IMG/VR virus record: IMGVR_UViG_2671180724_000008
Source of the DNA: a virus
Lineage: Duplodnaviria; Heunggongvirae; Uroviricota; Caudoviricetes
Strand: one strand, 5' to 3'
Length of the DNA stretch: 64,000 nucleotides
Position numbers and translations under genes: made by a program. Shown one piece after another: positions 18,872-28,700 of the stretch (position 1 is its first letter; each line of letters begins with the position of its first letter). The notes under the pieces are model-generated. The model saw only the letters and a program-made list of their open reading frames with translations. It did no database searches and was not told where the DNA came from.

Positions 18872-19759
18872 ATGAAACTGTGGCAAATGCTTTTGGCCCG
18901 TCGTGGTCTGATGGATGTTGCTGAAGCGCATGAGCGTGGGGGCGCTGGCGGTGTAGCTGCTGATAATGAGCAGAGTACACAAGATCCTGACAAGCAGGGT
19001 GAACAAAAAGAGCAGCCGAAGGGTGATGACGAATACGCTGGCATGACTCATGAAGAGTTACTGGCCGAACTTCGCAAAACCAAGAAAGCTGGTGCTGAAC
19101 TGCTGAAAGAGAACATGAAGCGCAAAGAGAAAGAGCGCACATTGGCCGATCAGCTTGCTCAGTACGGTGAAATCGACCCGGCGCGTGCTCGCCAGCTTTT
19201 AGAAGCTGAACAGGCCGCAGAAAACGCACGTCGTGAGGCGGAGCAAGCTGAACTGGAGCGTCGTGGTGAGTTCGATGCTGTTAAAAAACAGATGATCGAA
19301 GCACACCAGGCAGAGCTGGCACAGCGTGACGAACGTTATGCAGCACTGGAAAGTGAAAACGCATCACTGAAATCTCAATTAGTCGAGATGACCGTGGGCG
19401 CTTCCTTCAGTAACTCTCTCTTCCTACGTGACAAAGTTCTGATGACTCCGGCAAAAGCCCGCGTGATCTACGGTTCTCATTTTGAAGTGGGTGAAGACGG
19501 TAGCGTAGTGGGTTATGACAAACCGGCAGGTCATAAAGAACGAGCTGTTCTGGTTGACGGTGAAGGTAAGCCGTTGCCGTTTGAATCCGCGATTGAACGC
19601 ATTGTGCGGGCAGATCCGGAAGCTGACGCATTGATGCGTAGCGAAGCCAAGCAGGGTGTAGGCTCACATTCCAAATCGACCTACACAATATCCCAACCGA
19701 AGAACAAGTCGACTATGGATAAGTTGGCCTCCGGTCTGGGGAAAATTGGACTTAAGTAA
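18872..19759 (+). CDS. Scaffolding protein
   Basis: Ala/Glu/Arg-rich coiled-coil protein between portal and capsid. Confidence 0.6.
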   Translation: MKLWQMLLARRGLMDVAEAHERGGAGGVAADNEQSTQDPDKQGEQKEQPKGDDEYAGMTHEELLAELRKTKKAGAELLKENMKRKEKERTLADQLAQYGEIDPARARQLLEAEQAAENARREAEQAELERRGEFDAVKKQMIEAHQAELAQRDERYAALESENASLKSQLVEMTVGASFSNSLFLRDKVLMTPAKARVIYGSHFEVGEDGSVVGYDKPAGHKERAVLVDGEGKPLPFESAIERIVRADPEADALMRSEAKQGVGSHSKSTYTISQPKNKSTMDKLASGLGKIGLK

Positions 19760-19784
19760 CATCTAAATCAAAGGGAATTGATAG

Positions 19785-20660
19785 ATGCCATTACTGCGTG
19801 AAGAAGCTGAAAAGCTGTCTAACAACGAACTTGAACAGGGCGTGATTGAAACCATCATCGATCGCGATGACCTGTTTGCCATCCTGCCTTTTATGAAAAT
19901 TACTTCAAAGGCATATCTGTACAACCGTGAAAAAACGCTGAGTGAAGCTACCTTCATCGACGTTAACGACACCATCCCGGAAGGTGCAGCAACCTTCGAA
20001 GAATGCGTTGCGAAACTGCGTATTCTGGCTGGTGACGTAGACGTTGATAAATTCCTGGCAACCACTATGGCCGACACCAATAACCAGTTGGCTATTCAGG
20101 TTCGTCAGAAAGTTAAAGGTCTGGCTCGTGCGTTCCGTCGCAATCTGATTTTGGGTGACTCCAGCACCAACAACAAAGCGTTTGACGGCATTCCACGCCT
20201 GATGCACGCAGATCAGAAGATCGATATCGCCGGTGCATCTATGACTTTCTCTATGTTCGACGAACTGGTCGATGCGGTGAAAGATCTTGGTGCTGACTGC
20301 ATCATGATGCGTTCAGAGCACCTTCGTGCTTACCGTGCGCTGCTGCGTACAGTAAACGTAGGTCCGTCTGAAATCATGATGGAGAACTTCGGTCGTCCGA
20401 TGCTGTGTCATAACGGCGTTCCGTTCATCATCAACGACTTCATCCCGACTGATTCTGGCAAAGCAAGCATCTACTGCTTGCATCTGTCAGAAGAGAACGG
20501 CGTTACTGGTCTGTATGGCGGCGATAACGCAGGTATCGTTGTTGAAAACATTGGTACTGTACAGAACAAAGACGCAGTACGTACCCGTGTGAAGTGGTAC
20601 TGCTCTCTGGCGAATAAGCACGATAAGGCTATCGCTGCACTGACCAATGTAAAAATTTAA
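19785..20660 (+). CDS. Major capsid protein
   Basis: 291 aa, follows scaffold; followed by a strong terminator. Confidence 0.7.
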   Translation: MPLLREEAEKLSNNELEQGVIETIIDRDDLFAILPFMKITSKAYLYNREKTLSEATFIDVNDTIPEGAATFEECVAKLRILAGDVDVDKFLATTMADTNNQLAIQVRQKVKGLARAFRRNLILGDSSTNNKAFDGIPRLMHADQKIDIAGASMTFSMFDELVDAVKDLGADCIMMRSEHLRAYRALLRTVNVGPSEIMMENFGRPMLCHNGVPFIINDFIPTDSGKASIYCLHLSEENGVTGLYGGDNAGIVVENIGTVQNKDAVRTRVKWYCSLANKHDKAIAALTNVKI

Positions 20661-20694
20661 TCAGTATAGTAGATAAGTAGTTATCTATGTTAAA

Positions 20695-20721
20695 GGGTGG
20701 GCTATACGCCCACCCTTTTTG
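20695..20721 (+). terminator. Rho-independent terminator after capsid gene
   Basis: agggtgggc tatac gcccaccct hairpin plus tttt. Confidence 0.75.
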
Positions 20722-20733
20722 TAGGAGCGAGAA

Positions 20734-21654
20734 ATGCCAGAACAAAAGATGAAGATTACGGAAGAGGCATTTTCGGATTTTACGGGGCATATGTGCCGTG
20801 CCGGATTTACCAATTCTATCTCCGATGAACCTTTAACCGAGCGGCAACAAAGTCAGCTATCTGCTTGTTTGCAGGCGGTTCCCCTCTCCCAATCCGTAAA
20901 CATAACCCCGGCTTCACCGTCAGTTTTGGTTGGGAAAACTGTTCAACTTAGTGCAGGTATTAGTATGGGTAAGAGTGCCAGTTCATTCACCTGGAAGTCA
21001 GCCAATGACCAAATTGCAACCGTTAACGGCACTGGATTAGTAACTGGCGTAGCACCAGGCAAAGTAAAAATTACTGCAACTGATCAGGAAACCCAGCTTT
21101 CCGCTTCAGTGGAAGTCACCGTAAATCCGGTAGCCGTTCAATCCGTAACGGTAACGCCAGAATCAACGTCTGTTGAGAAAGGGAAATCAGTCAGTCTGAA
21201 AGCGAATGTTCAGCCGTCAAATGCGACGAATAAGGCTGTTACCTGGTCTTCCAAAAATGAAGATAAGGCAACGGTAGACCAGAGCGGGAACGTTACTGGT
21301 GTAGAAGTTGGCACTGCGACGATTGAGATCGTTTCCCAAGATGGCAGCAAAAAGGCAACTGCAACGGTGGAAGTAACTGCGCCTGTTGTGGCTGTTACCG
21401 GCGTCGAAATCGACCCAAATAGCACAACCGTTGAGGCAAACAAAACTGTTCAGCTGACAGCAAATGTCGAGCCGGCAGGAGCCACAAATAAAACCGTTAC
21501 TTGGGAATCCAAAAATACCGAGTTTGCAACGGTTGACAGCGAAACCGGTGTTGTAACTGGTGTTGCGGCTGGTACTGCCACAATCGAGGTTACTACCCAA
21601 GATGGTAGCCACAAAGCGACAGCAACTGTAGAAGTTACTGCCGCACAGGAATAA
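20734..21654 (+). CDS. Ig-like (Big_2-type) domain protein, probable capsid decoration or head fibre
   Basis: Three repeats of the VTGV..G.ATIE(V/I)...DGS.KATATVEVT pattern. Confidence 0.7.
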   Translation: MPEQKMKITEEAFSDFTGHMCRAGFTNSISDEPLTERQQSQLSACLQAVPLSQSVNITPASPSVLVGKTVQLSAGISMGKSASSFTWKSANDQIATVNGTGLVTGVAPGKVKITATDQETQLSASVEVTVNPVAVQSVTVTPESTSVEKGKSVSLKANVQPSNATNKAVTWSSKNEDKATVDQSGNVTGVEVGTATIEIVSQDGSKKATATVEVTAPVVAVTGVEIDPNSTTVEANKTVQLTANVEPAGATNKTVTWESKNTEFATVDSETGVVTGVAAGTATIEVTTQDGSHKATATVEVTAAQE

Positions 21655-21698
21655 CCGATATTGGGCGGCTTTCGCCGCCCAAGTGGAGAGAAAGCGTT

Positions 21699-22133
21699 AT
21701 GAAACCAGCAAAAATTGTTTTATTAGAACCGCAATTTTCCGGTTATTCGGGAATGCTGTGTGGCGTTCAGTTCGAGAACGGGGTATCCGTAGCGGAGTTG
21801 CCTTTTATCGATCAGCAGAGGATTTGTGCTTCAATGCGAGCGTCAACAGTAGAGGGCAAAAATGTTTCTCCGTCTGCCGCATACAGTGATCGTGGTGAAT
21901 TGACAGCAGACCTGATTACCGAGCCAGCAGCGCCTGACATTGTGCCAATGAAACGTGGGACACCAGATGAACCGGCCAAACAGATCCAGACTTTCACACG
22001 AGAAGAGCTGGAGTCAATTGCAGACAACGAAGGTATTGCCGGTCTACGAGTTATTGGTAATCAGGTTGGTGTCAAAGCGAAAGGAATTGTCGAAATGATT
22101 GACGGCATCCTGAAAGCACAAGGCGGTGAGTAA
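21699..22133 (+). CDS. Hypothetical head-associated protein
   Basis: ORF in head-completion position. Confidence 0.5.
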   Translation: MKPAKIVLLEPQFSGYSGMLCGVQFENGVSVAELPFIDQQRICASMRASTVEGKNVSPSAAYSDRGELTADLITEPAAPDIVPMKRGTPDEPAKQIQTFTREELESIADNEGIAGLRVIGNQVGVKAKGIVEMIDGILKAQGGE

Positions 22134-22966
22134 TGGCGCAGATCGACTCGTATCGTAGCGGTGAAGCTGTTTCTCTTTCATTTGCCTTCAACGTGCTGGA
22201 TATCGAATCTGCCACCTACACAGTAAAGGACAGCACCGGGGCTATTCTCGTTGATGGCGAGCCGCTAGAAATTACCAGCGGTCAAATGTCGATTCCGGTT
22301 GTCGTGTCGGCTGAATATAACCAGCTCTCTGAGAAAGAGCGAGATCTGCGGTACGTCATTGTGAAGGCTGTTGCATCGGGTCTGACGCATGAAGAGCGGC
22401 AAATGTATGTTCTGCTGAATAGTTTTGAACTGTCGATACCAGAACAGTCGTTTGCAACTGTCGCTGATGCTCAAATGCAGGCGATCGATATGCTGAATGG
22501 GGACACTTTGCTGTCGGATGGTGAAGGCTTAATGCGCAAGCGTCTCATTGAGGCTACCAGACGAATTAAAACTTTACCGTTCTCAATCCGCAAAATTCTA
22601 CGTATCGACTTTGACCGATACGATCGCCCTCAAAATATGCTGAATGTGTATGACATTCCGTGGGGAGCAGATGGAGCGTACCGGCATGATTTAGTCGATT
22701 GGGAAAAGATGACGCAGGAGAAGTTTGAAGAGTTCCCTGACTACTTCAAAGAAGCGTTGATGCTTGCCGTTGTCAACGAAGCGTGTGAGATCGCAAATGG
22801 CAATGATGTAGCCGCAGCACGAGAGGATGGCATTTTGTCAGAGTCCATCGGTGAAACAACCAACATGTACCGTACCGGTAAAGCTGCAAACGTGCATGTG
22901 GCTCGTAGTACCTGGCGCTTGCTGGTCAGTTACATCAACAACCGTATGATTGTTCGCCGTGCGTAA
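22133..22966 (+). CDS. Hypothetical structural protein (head-tail connector region)
   Basis: 277-aa ORF; ATGG overlap with upstream gene. Confidence 0.5.
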   Translation: MAQIDSYRSGEAVSLSFAFNVLDIESATYTVKDSTGAILVDGEPLEITSGQMSIPVVVSAEYNQLSEKERDLRYVIVKAVASGLTHEERQMYVLLNSFELSIPEQSFATVADAQMQAIDMLNGDTLLSDGEGLMRKRLIEATRRIKTLPFSIRKILRIDFDRYDRPQNMLNVYDIPWGADGAYRHDLVDWEKMTQEKFEEFPDYFKEALMLAVVNEACEIANGNDVAAAREDGILSESIGETTNMYRTGKAANVHVARSTWRLLVSYINNRMIVRRA

Positions 22967-23045
22967 CGCCAGTCGCATTATTTACTTTTGGTCGAAAGGT
23001 TTTTTGGCCAGTAATGAGAGCGACCGACAACAACAGGGAGAGAGC

Positions 23046-23390
23046 ATGAATATTTCATGGCAAACAGAAATTGCGATCTACCGCTTTGGCGCAAAGAACG
23101 TTTACGGTGAGGCGCAATTACAATTCGTCAGGAAGACGAATGTCGGCGTGGTTAAGTTCGAACAGAGTAATGAGAAATCGTCAGTTCGTGCTGATAGCTC
23201 TGGTAGTCGTGGTAAGGCGAGTCTGGAGCTGTTTGATGCTGTGTTAGTTGTCCCTTTAGAAGCGGCTGTACAACTTGATGATGTACTGATCCTTGAAGGT
23301 CAAAAATTAAAGGTGTCCAGTGTTCATCGCCGCTGGGGGCTACGAGGAAGACCTGGGCATCTTGAAGTAGGGGCGAATATATGGGTCTGA
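23046..23390 (+). CDS. Head-tail connector/closure protein (putative)
   Basis: Start moved to ATG 23046 with gggagag RBS; position between head and tail genes. Confidence 0.5.
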   Translation: MNISWQTEIAIYRFGAKNVYGEAQLQFVRKTNVGVVKFEQSNEKSSVRADSSGSRGKASLELFDAVLVVPLEAAVQLDDVLILEGQKLKVSSVHRRWGLRGRPGHLEVGANIWV

Positions 23391-23854
23391 AATACGATGC
23401 GCATCAGTTCAAACGTGCGGGGAATAGACTCAACAACAGCCAGAAAGCATTTAAGCGATATCTTATTCGGGACATGGAAAAGCTGGCGCGTTTGGTTGAG
23501 CGCCTCAGCCGTGCAATGGCCCCGCTGGAAACCGGATCTCTGGAGACAGCCATCTTTGCCAGGGTGATTAAAGAAGGTTATTCAGGGCTGCGTATTGAGC
23601 TTTCTGTGTCTGGAGCAAAACCACGTCAGGGGCATCCGGGCGTAGAAGTAGGTGACTATGCTAAGTACATGGAGCTGGGTAAATACCGACTCGGTTATCT
23701 TTCTCGAATGAAGAACGTGACAAACCCACCAATTGCCGGTGTTAAACCCCGTGTTGGGCCACACTTTCTGGAAAGAGCGGTGGAAATTAGCGAGAAGCAG
23801 TTCTCAGAAGCGATTCTTGAGGCTGCCAGAAAAGCCGGATTTACGAGAGGTTAA
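23381..23854 (+). CDS. Neck/tail-completion protein (putative)
   Basis: 157-aa ORF; position. Confidence 0.5.
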   Translation: MGLKYDAHQFKRAGNRLNNSQKAFKRYLIRDMEKLARLVERLSRAMAPLETGSLETAIFARVIKEGYSGLRIELSVSGAKPRQGHPGVEVGDYAKYMELGKYRLGYLSRMKNVTNPPIAGVKPRVGPHFLERAVEISEKQFSEAILEAARKAGFTRG

Positions 23855-23855
23855 T

Positions 23856-24239
23856 GTGTTTATTGAAGCGTTTGCAAGTTTGATGCAGAAGGCAAAGATT
23901 GGCACGGTCGGGACTGACATTTTCTGTCACTACTTGCCTGCCAATGTGAAATCTGGCGTCCTGCTTATTAACCCAAATACCGGTATCAGCATCGATCATG
24001 AGCTACAGGGCTTTTATCACGAATCATTCACAATCATTGTGCGTGGTTCGTCAATTACTACGACGGTTGAGAAAGCCAATAAAATCATTGAGATGTTTCC
24101 AGTAGAGGAAACGGAATCTGGTGGTGTTTATTTTCGACTGGTACGACCGATTGCGATGCCAATCATTTATCCCAAAAATGATGGAGCATTAATAGAAGCA
24201 GGCATTCCTGTTGAATTTGCTGGCTATTTATTGAATTAA
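23856..24239 (+). CDS. Tail completion/terminator protein (putative; GTG start)
   Basis: GTG 23856 with gagagg RBS 5 nt upstream, directly after the upstream stop; the ATG at 23733 would overlap 122 nt. Confidence 0.45.
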   Translation: MFIEAFASLMQKAKIGTVGTDIFCHYLPANVKSGVLLINPNTGISIDHELQGFYHESFTIIVRGSSITTTVEKANKIIEMFPVEETESGGVYFRLVRPIAMPIIYPKNDGALIEAGIPVEFAGYLLN

Positions 24240-24313
24240 GTTAATCGGTAAGTATATACTTACTATTAGCGCAATGAATGCGTAGAATTAACGGAAAAAG
24301 GAGTTTTCCATCA

Positions 24314-25060
24314 ATGTCTAATACCCATGTAAAAAACATCAAACTTGGTGCCTGTAAGGTGTCGTTTGGTGGTGTGGATTTGGGTTACACCAAAGGTGGT
24401 GTTCAGGTTGAAGTAGCCACTGAAACGCTGAAAGTCACTGTCGACCAGCACGGGCAGACAATTATGTCCGAGCTGGTGCAGGGTCGTAACATTACCATTA
24501 CTGCGCCGCTGGCCGAGTCTGTGTTGAAAAATATGGTCGATCTGATGCCGGGGTCTACTCTGAACGAAGACGACAACGCTGTGACCATCACTTCCGCACA
24601 GGGTGTCAACCTGATCGACGTAGCCAAAGAGCTGGTTCTGACTCCGCAGGACACTACCGACTACGTTCTGACCATCCCGAAAGCTGCGACCGCAGGTAAC
24701 TTCACCATGACTTACCAGTCTGATGATGTTCGTGTGTTCTCTGTTCAGTTCAGTGCGTACCCTGATGACGAAGGCGTTCTGGGAAGAATGAGCGGCCCTA
24801 AACCGGTAAAAACCGTGTCGATCAAACCGGAATCTCCAACCGTAAAAGCTGGAGAAACTGTGCAACTGACAGCCGAAATCACTCCAGCTGATGCCGCAGA
24901 CAAAACCGGTGTTTGGGAATCCGAAGACCAGGAAAAGGCCACGGTAGATCAAACGGGTCTTGTGCGCGGTGTGGCGCAGGGTACTGCAAACATCTCCTTC
25001 ACCAGCAATAGCGGTTCTAAGAAGGCTACTAAGTCAGTAACGATTAACTCCGCAGATTAA
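24314..25060 (+). CDS. Major tail protein with C-terminal Ig-like domain
   Basis: aaaaaggag RBS; C-terminal Big_2-like segment as in lambda gpV; position before chaperone genes. Confidence 0.7.
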   Translation: MSNTHVKNIKLGACKVSFGGVDLGYTKGGVQVEVATETLKVTVDQHGQTIMSELVQGRNITITAPLAESVLKNMVDLMPGSTLNEDDNAVTITSAQGVNLIDVAKELVLTPQDTTDYVLTIPKAATAGNFTMTYQSDDVRVFSVQFSAYPDDEGVLGRMSGPKPVKTVSIKPESPTVKAGETVQLTAEITPADAADKTGVWESEDQEKATVDQTGLVRGVAQGTANISFTSNSGSKKATKSVTINSAD

Positions 25061-25073
25061 TCAGTAACTAAGC

Positions 25074-25099
25074 AGAGGCTCAGGATGAGCCTCTCTTTT
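25074..25099 (+). terminator. Rho-independent terminator/attenuator after major tail gene
   Basis: gaggctca...tgagcctc hairpin plus tctttt. Confidence 0.6.
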
Positions 25100-25115
25100 A
25101 AAAGGATTTAAACCA

Positions 25116-25433
25116 ATGACCAAATTACTCGATCTCGATTCCATTCTGCCTCCGAAGAAAAGCATCAAATTTGGCGGTCAGGAATATCCCATCGTTGAAA
25201 TGACGGTAGGTTTGTTCGTTTCCATCAAGCAGATGGAAGGCAAAGATCTCATGAACATGTCTCCTGTTGAGCAAGTGACAGCTTATGCAGATCTGGTTCG
25301 TAAGGTTATCCCTTCAGTGCCTGATGAAGTTCTTGAAAAACTGACTGTTCCGCAACTCCAGCAGATCTTCACCTTCGCTATGGAAGTGATTGATGAAGAA
25401 AACGAAAAAGCGGCTGGCGAAGGGGCAAAGTAA
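25116..25433 (+). CDS. Tail assembly chaperone (gpG-like)
   Basis: 105-aa acidic protein directly upstream of tape measure. Confidence 0.7.
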   Translation: MTKLLDLDSILPPKKSIKFGGQEYPIVEMTVGLFVSIKQMEGKDLMNMSPVEQVTAYADLVRKVIPSVPDEVLEKLTVPQLQQIFTFAMEVIDEENEKAAGEGAK

Positions 25434-25783
25434 TTTCCCGCGATGAATCCGGGACAAGGACCGTCTCAATAGATCTCGGATTCTATTTCAGTCGTGTAGT
25501 TGCTCACTACGCCGTGTCGCCATTAGAGCTACTGAACGTTCCTCTCACGATGTTCTGGATGCTCAGTCGCAATATAGACCGTCTGCGTGCGGAAGAGGAT
25601 GTCCGCAACTTACAAGTCGCTCGTGCGTCCCAGGCGGATGGCGAGGCTGTGAAGGCGTTCATGGAGGGTTTGCAACTCAGGATTGGAAGACCAGTCGTAA
25701 CAGATAAAGTCTACGATCCAAGCCAGGATAAGGCAGACCCTGACGCCAAAGAGCAACTGATGCAAATATTTGGCAGAGGATGA
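25397..25783 (+). CDS. Tail assembly chaperone T-frame segment (expected as G-T fusion via -1 frameshift)
   Basis: The -1 frame is open from 25397, overlapping the last 34 nt of the G frame; A-rich run gaaaaag at 25404-25410; overlaps tape measure start. Confidence 0.5.
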   Translation, partial: RKRKSGWRRGKVISRDESGTRTVSIDLGFYFSRVVAHYAVSPLELLNVPLTMFWMLSRNIDRLRAEEDVRNLQVARASQADGEAVKAFMEGLQLRIGRPVVTDKVYDPSQDKADPDAKEQLMQIFGRG

Positions 25784-28700
25784 CAAGGGAATGTCACAAA
25801 ACGTAGAGTTTATCCTGTCGCTGGAAGACAAACAGTTTACAGCGTCAATCGATCGTGCGGGGAAACTGCTTACTCGATTTGGTGAGCAGGTAACAAAGCC
25901 TGCTCAAAAAATCCAAACCTTTGAACGCTCTTTGGGTTCGGTCGCCCGTATCATTGGCGTTCTGGAAAGCAAGCTCGATTCTACGGCAGATAAACTACAG
26001 GATGTAGCTGCCGGTTTTGAGCTTGCTTCAGATGCTACGCGTAAAATGCGTGGCAACATCACCAGCCTCAATTCTGGTCTTAAAGCCCTGATTGAGCGCG
26101 TCGATACGACAACTTCTTCAGTAGATAAACTCACCGCGTCATTACGTAAAGTGCAATCAGAGCTAAATGATTTCTCTGATTGGGCGACCTATGCAAGCAA
26201 AAGCGCAAGCCGCTTTGGTACGGAGGTCAAAGAAGCCTCTGCGTCCGTGAGTGGCATGAATACGCGCCTTAATACCACGACGAAGCGACTCAGTAATTGG
26301 GGTGTCACAACGAGTCAGGCTGCCGAGGGACTGAAAAAGGTTCGTGAGCAGATGGACGAAGTTATCGGACGTCAGCAACTGATTAGCAAGCCGGTACGCG
26401 TTCGTACATCTGGAAGTGGCGATGGTGGTAGCGGGCGGCGTAGCGGCGCTTCTGGCCATAGCGGTAAAAGTAACGAAGGAGGTATGTTCTCTGGCCTTCG
26501 TGGCAACATTTTCCTGCTTGGCGAGATCGGAGATGCAGCCAGAACGGTTACTGACATCATGTTTGGGTGGCAGAAGCCTATTGTTGAAGCTGCGGCCGAA
26601 ATGGAACGTATGCGGGTGATGCTTCGAGGGTTGAATAAGGAGAAGTCCAACCCTGGCCAGGCTGCCGCTGATGATATGAAGTACATCGTAGACATGGCGC
26701 AAAATGCGCCGTTCGCGATGCAGGCGTTAACAGATTCCTTCGTGAAGTTTCGTTCTGCTGGCTTAGATCCAACCGATGGTTCTCTGAAGGCGCTGGTGGA
26801 CTCCGTTGCTCGTTTTGGTGGTGATAGTGAGCTGTTGAAACGTGCGGCTGTGGCCGTTCAGCAGATGTCCGGTAAGGGCGTTGTGTCAATGGAAGAGCTA
26901 CGTCAGCAATTAGGTGAAGCCGTTCCTAACGCGATGCAGGCAATGGCAGACGCCGCAGGCATCACTATGGGGGAACTGACTAAAGCCGTTGCCAGCGGTA
27001 CGGTTGAGGCAAAACAGGCGTTGTCTCTGATGTTTGTTGGTCTGCGTGCGGAGAATGAGAACGCAGCGAAAGACATGATGCAAACCTACACAGGTGCGCT
27101 GGCGCAACTTCAGACGTCATTCACGTTATTTGCTGATCGGGTTGGTCAGGCCGGATATCTGGATTCTCTATCGAAGGGGATGAAAGAACTGGCTTCAATC
27201 ATGAATAGCGCCGAAGGGATTTCGTTTGCCAATTCTTTAGGCTCGGGGTTAACGACGGCAATTGATGGGTTGCGTCAGCTTGCTCAATGGTTAGCAAAGA
27301 ACCAAGAGCTGGTAATTAATCTCGGTAAGGTCGTGGCCGCGATGGTTGCGTTCAAACTGATGCGAGCAGGGATCATGGGGGTAGTTGGCGCAGGCAGCCA
27401 GATGGTTAGCACCTTTGCCACGATGGCGACCGCCATACAGACTCCATTTAACCTCGGCGCTACAGCAGTAACCCGATTCAATCGTGCGGCACGTATGGGG
27501 CTGGCTCCGATCCCCTCTCTTATTTTCGCCATCCGTGGGGCGATTACGGGGCTTAAAGGCGCTTTTGCTGGATTAACGGCGTTCATTGCAGCAAACCCTA
27601 TAGGGGCAGCATTTACAGTTGCCACTGTAGCTGTTGCTGGCCTAATCACGTACATGACCATGCTCCGCAGCGAAACTTCAAAGGTCGTTGACGAGATTAG
27701 GAAAATACCAGAGGCGATGACGGCGGCCAAACGTGCACAAATGGCCGACCGCGCAGAAAAGCTCGAAAAGCAGATTCTTGCTGATCAACGAGCATTAAAA
27801 ACTGGTGAGGGTGTTAATTACGTATCTAACTCTGCCGGTGTTATTACTCACAAAGAGTCGAAGGCTGACATCGAAGCACGCCTGAAAAAAAATCAGGAAG
27901 AGTATCAAAAGATAACCGGCACGATAGCTCTTGGTGACGGCGCTGTAGCAAAGCGTTTGGCTAAAGAGGCTGCCGAATCTCAGATTGAGAAAATTCGAGC
28001 GGAAAACCAGATTTTCGCGGCAACATTCGTGAAAGCCCGGCAGGAGGCTCTGGATAAGATCCAGAAAATCAATGATGACGGTTCACTTTCAGATGACGAA
28101 AAGAACAAGCTATTGGCACCGTTACGTGAAACGGTAAACAAAAGCTATCTGGAGCCTGCGCAAAAACTGGTTGATTCACTTTCTTCTCGTAAGAATGCGA
28201 CCGAGAAGCAAATCGCGACTCTTAATGATCAGCTTGAAAAAGCCAAAAAGGATGGCAATACCGAGCAAATCCAGAAACTGCAAGGCAGTATTCGTGGTTA
28301 TCAGGAGCATTTGGAAGCCGTTGCTCAGGAACTTACTCAGGCAGAGTTCGAGAGAGATAACGCGGCCAAAACTGGTAAGGGCGTAATGTCAAACCAGGGG
28401 ACTGTTCTTGGGTTAGGTACAACTGATAAAGCTGCTCAGAAGGCGTTGGCGCAATATATGCGAAACCAGATGGATTCTGCGACTTATCAGCGTACTTTGC
28501 CTGACGGCACTCCGATGATGGACTTCGAAGGTAAGCCGATTATTGGGCCTAAACAACTCAAGACGCAGCTTAATTTGCAGAAAGCATCCAGCGCCAGCTC
28601 TCTGGAGAAAATGAGCGATGAAGAGCGTGCCGCAGCCATTGCTGCACTAACTAAAGCTCGTGAACAGGATGCAGCAGCTGCCGAGAAAGCAGCCCAACGA

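Noticed and set aside
23733-23855. ATG 23733 as start of the 23856-24239 gene
   Set aside because: Would overlap the upstream gene by 122 nt; a GTG with gagagg RBS sits immediately after the upstream stop.
24311-24952. 213-aa antisense ORF inside the major tail protein gene
   Set aside because: Entirely antisense to a gene with a strong RBS, an Ig-like domain and operon context; Arg/Ser/His-rich artefact.
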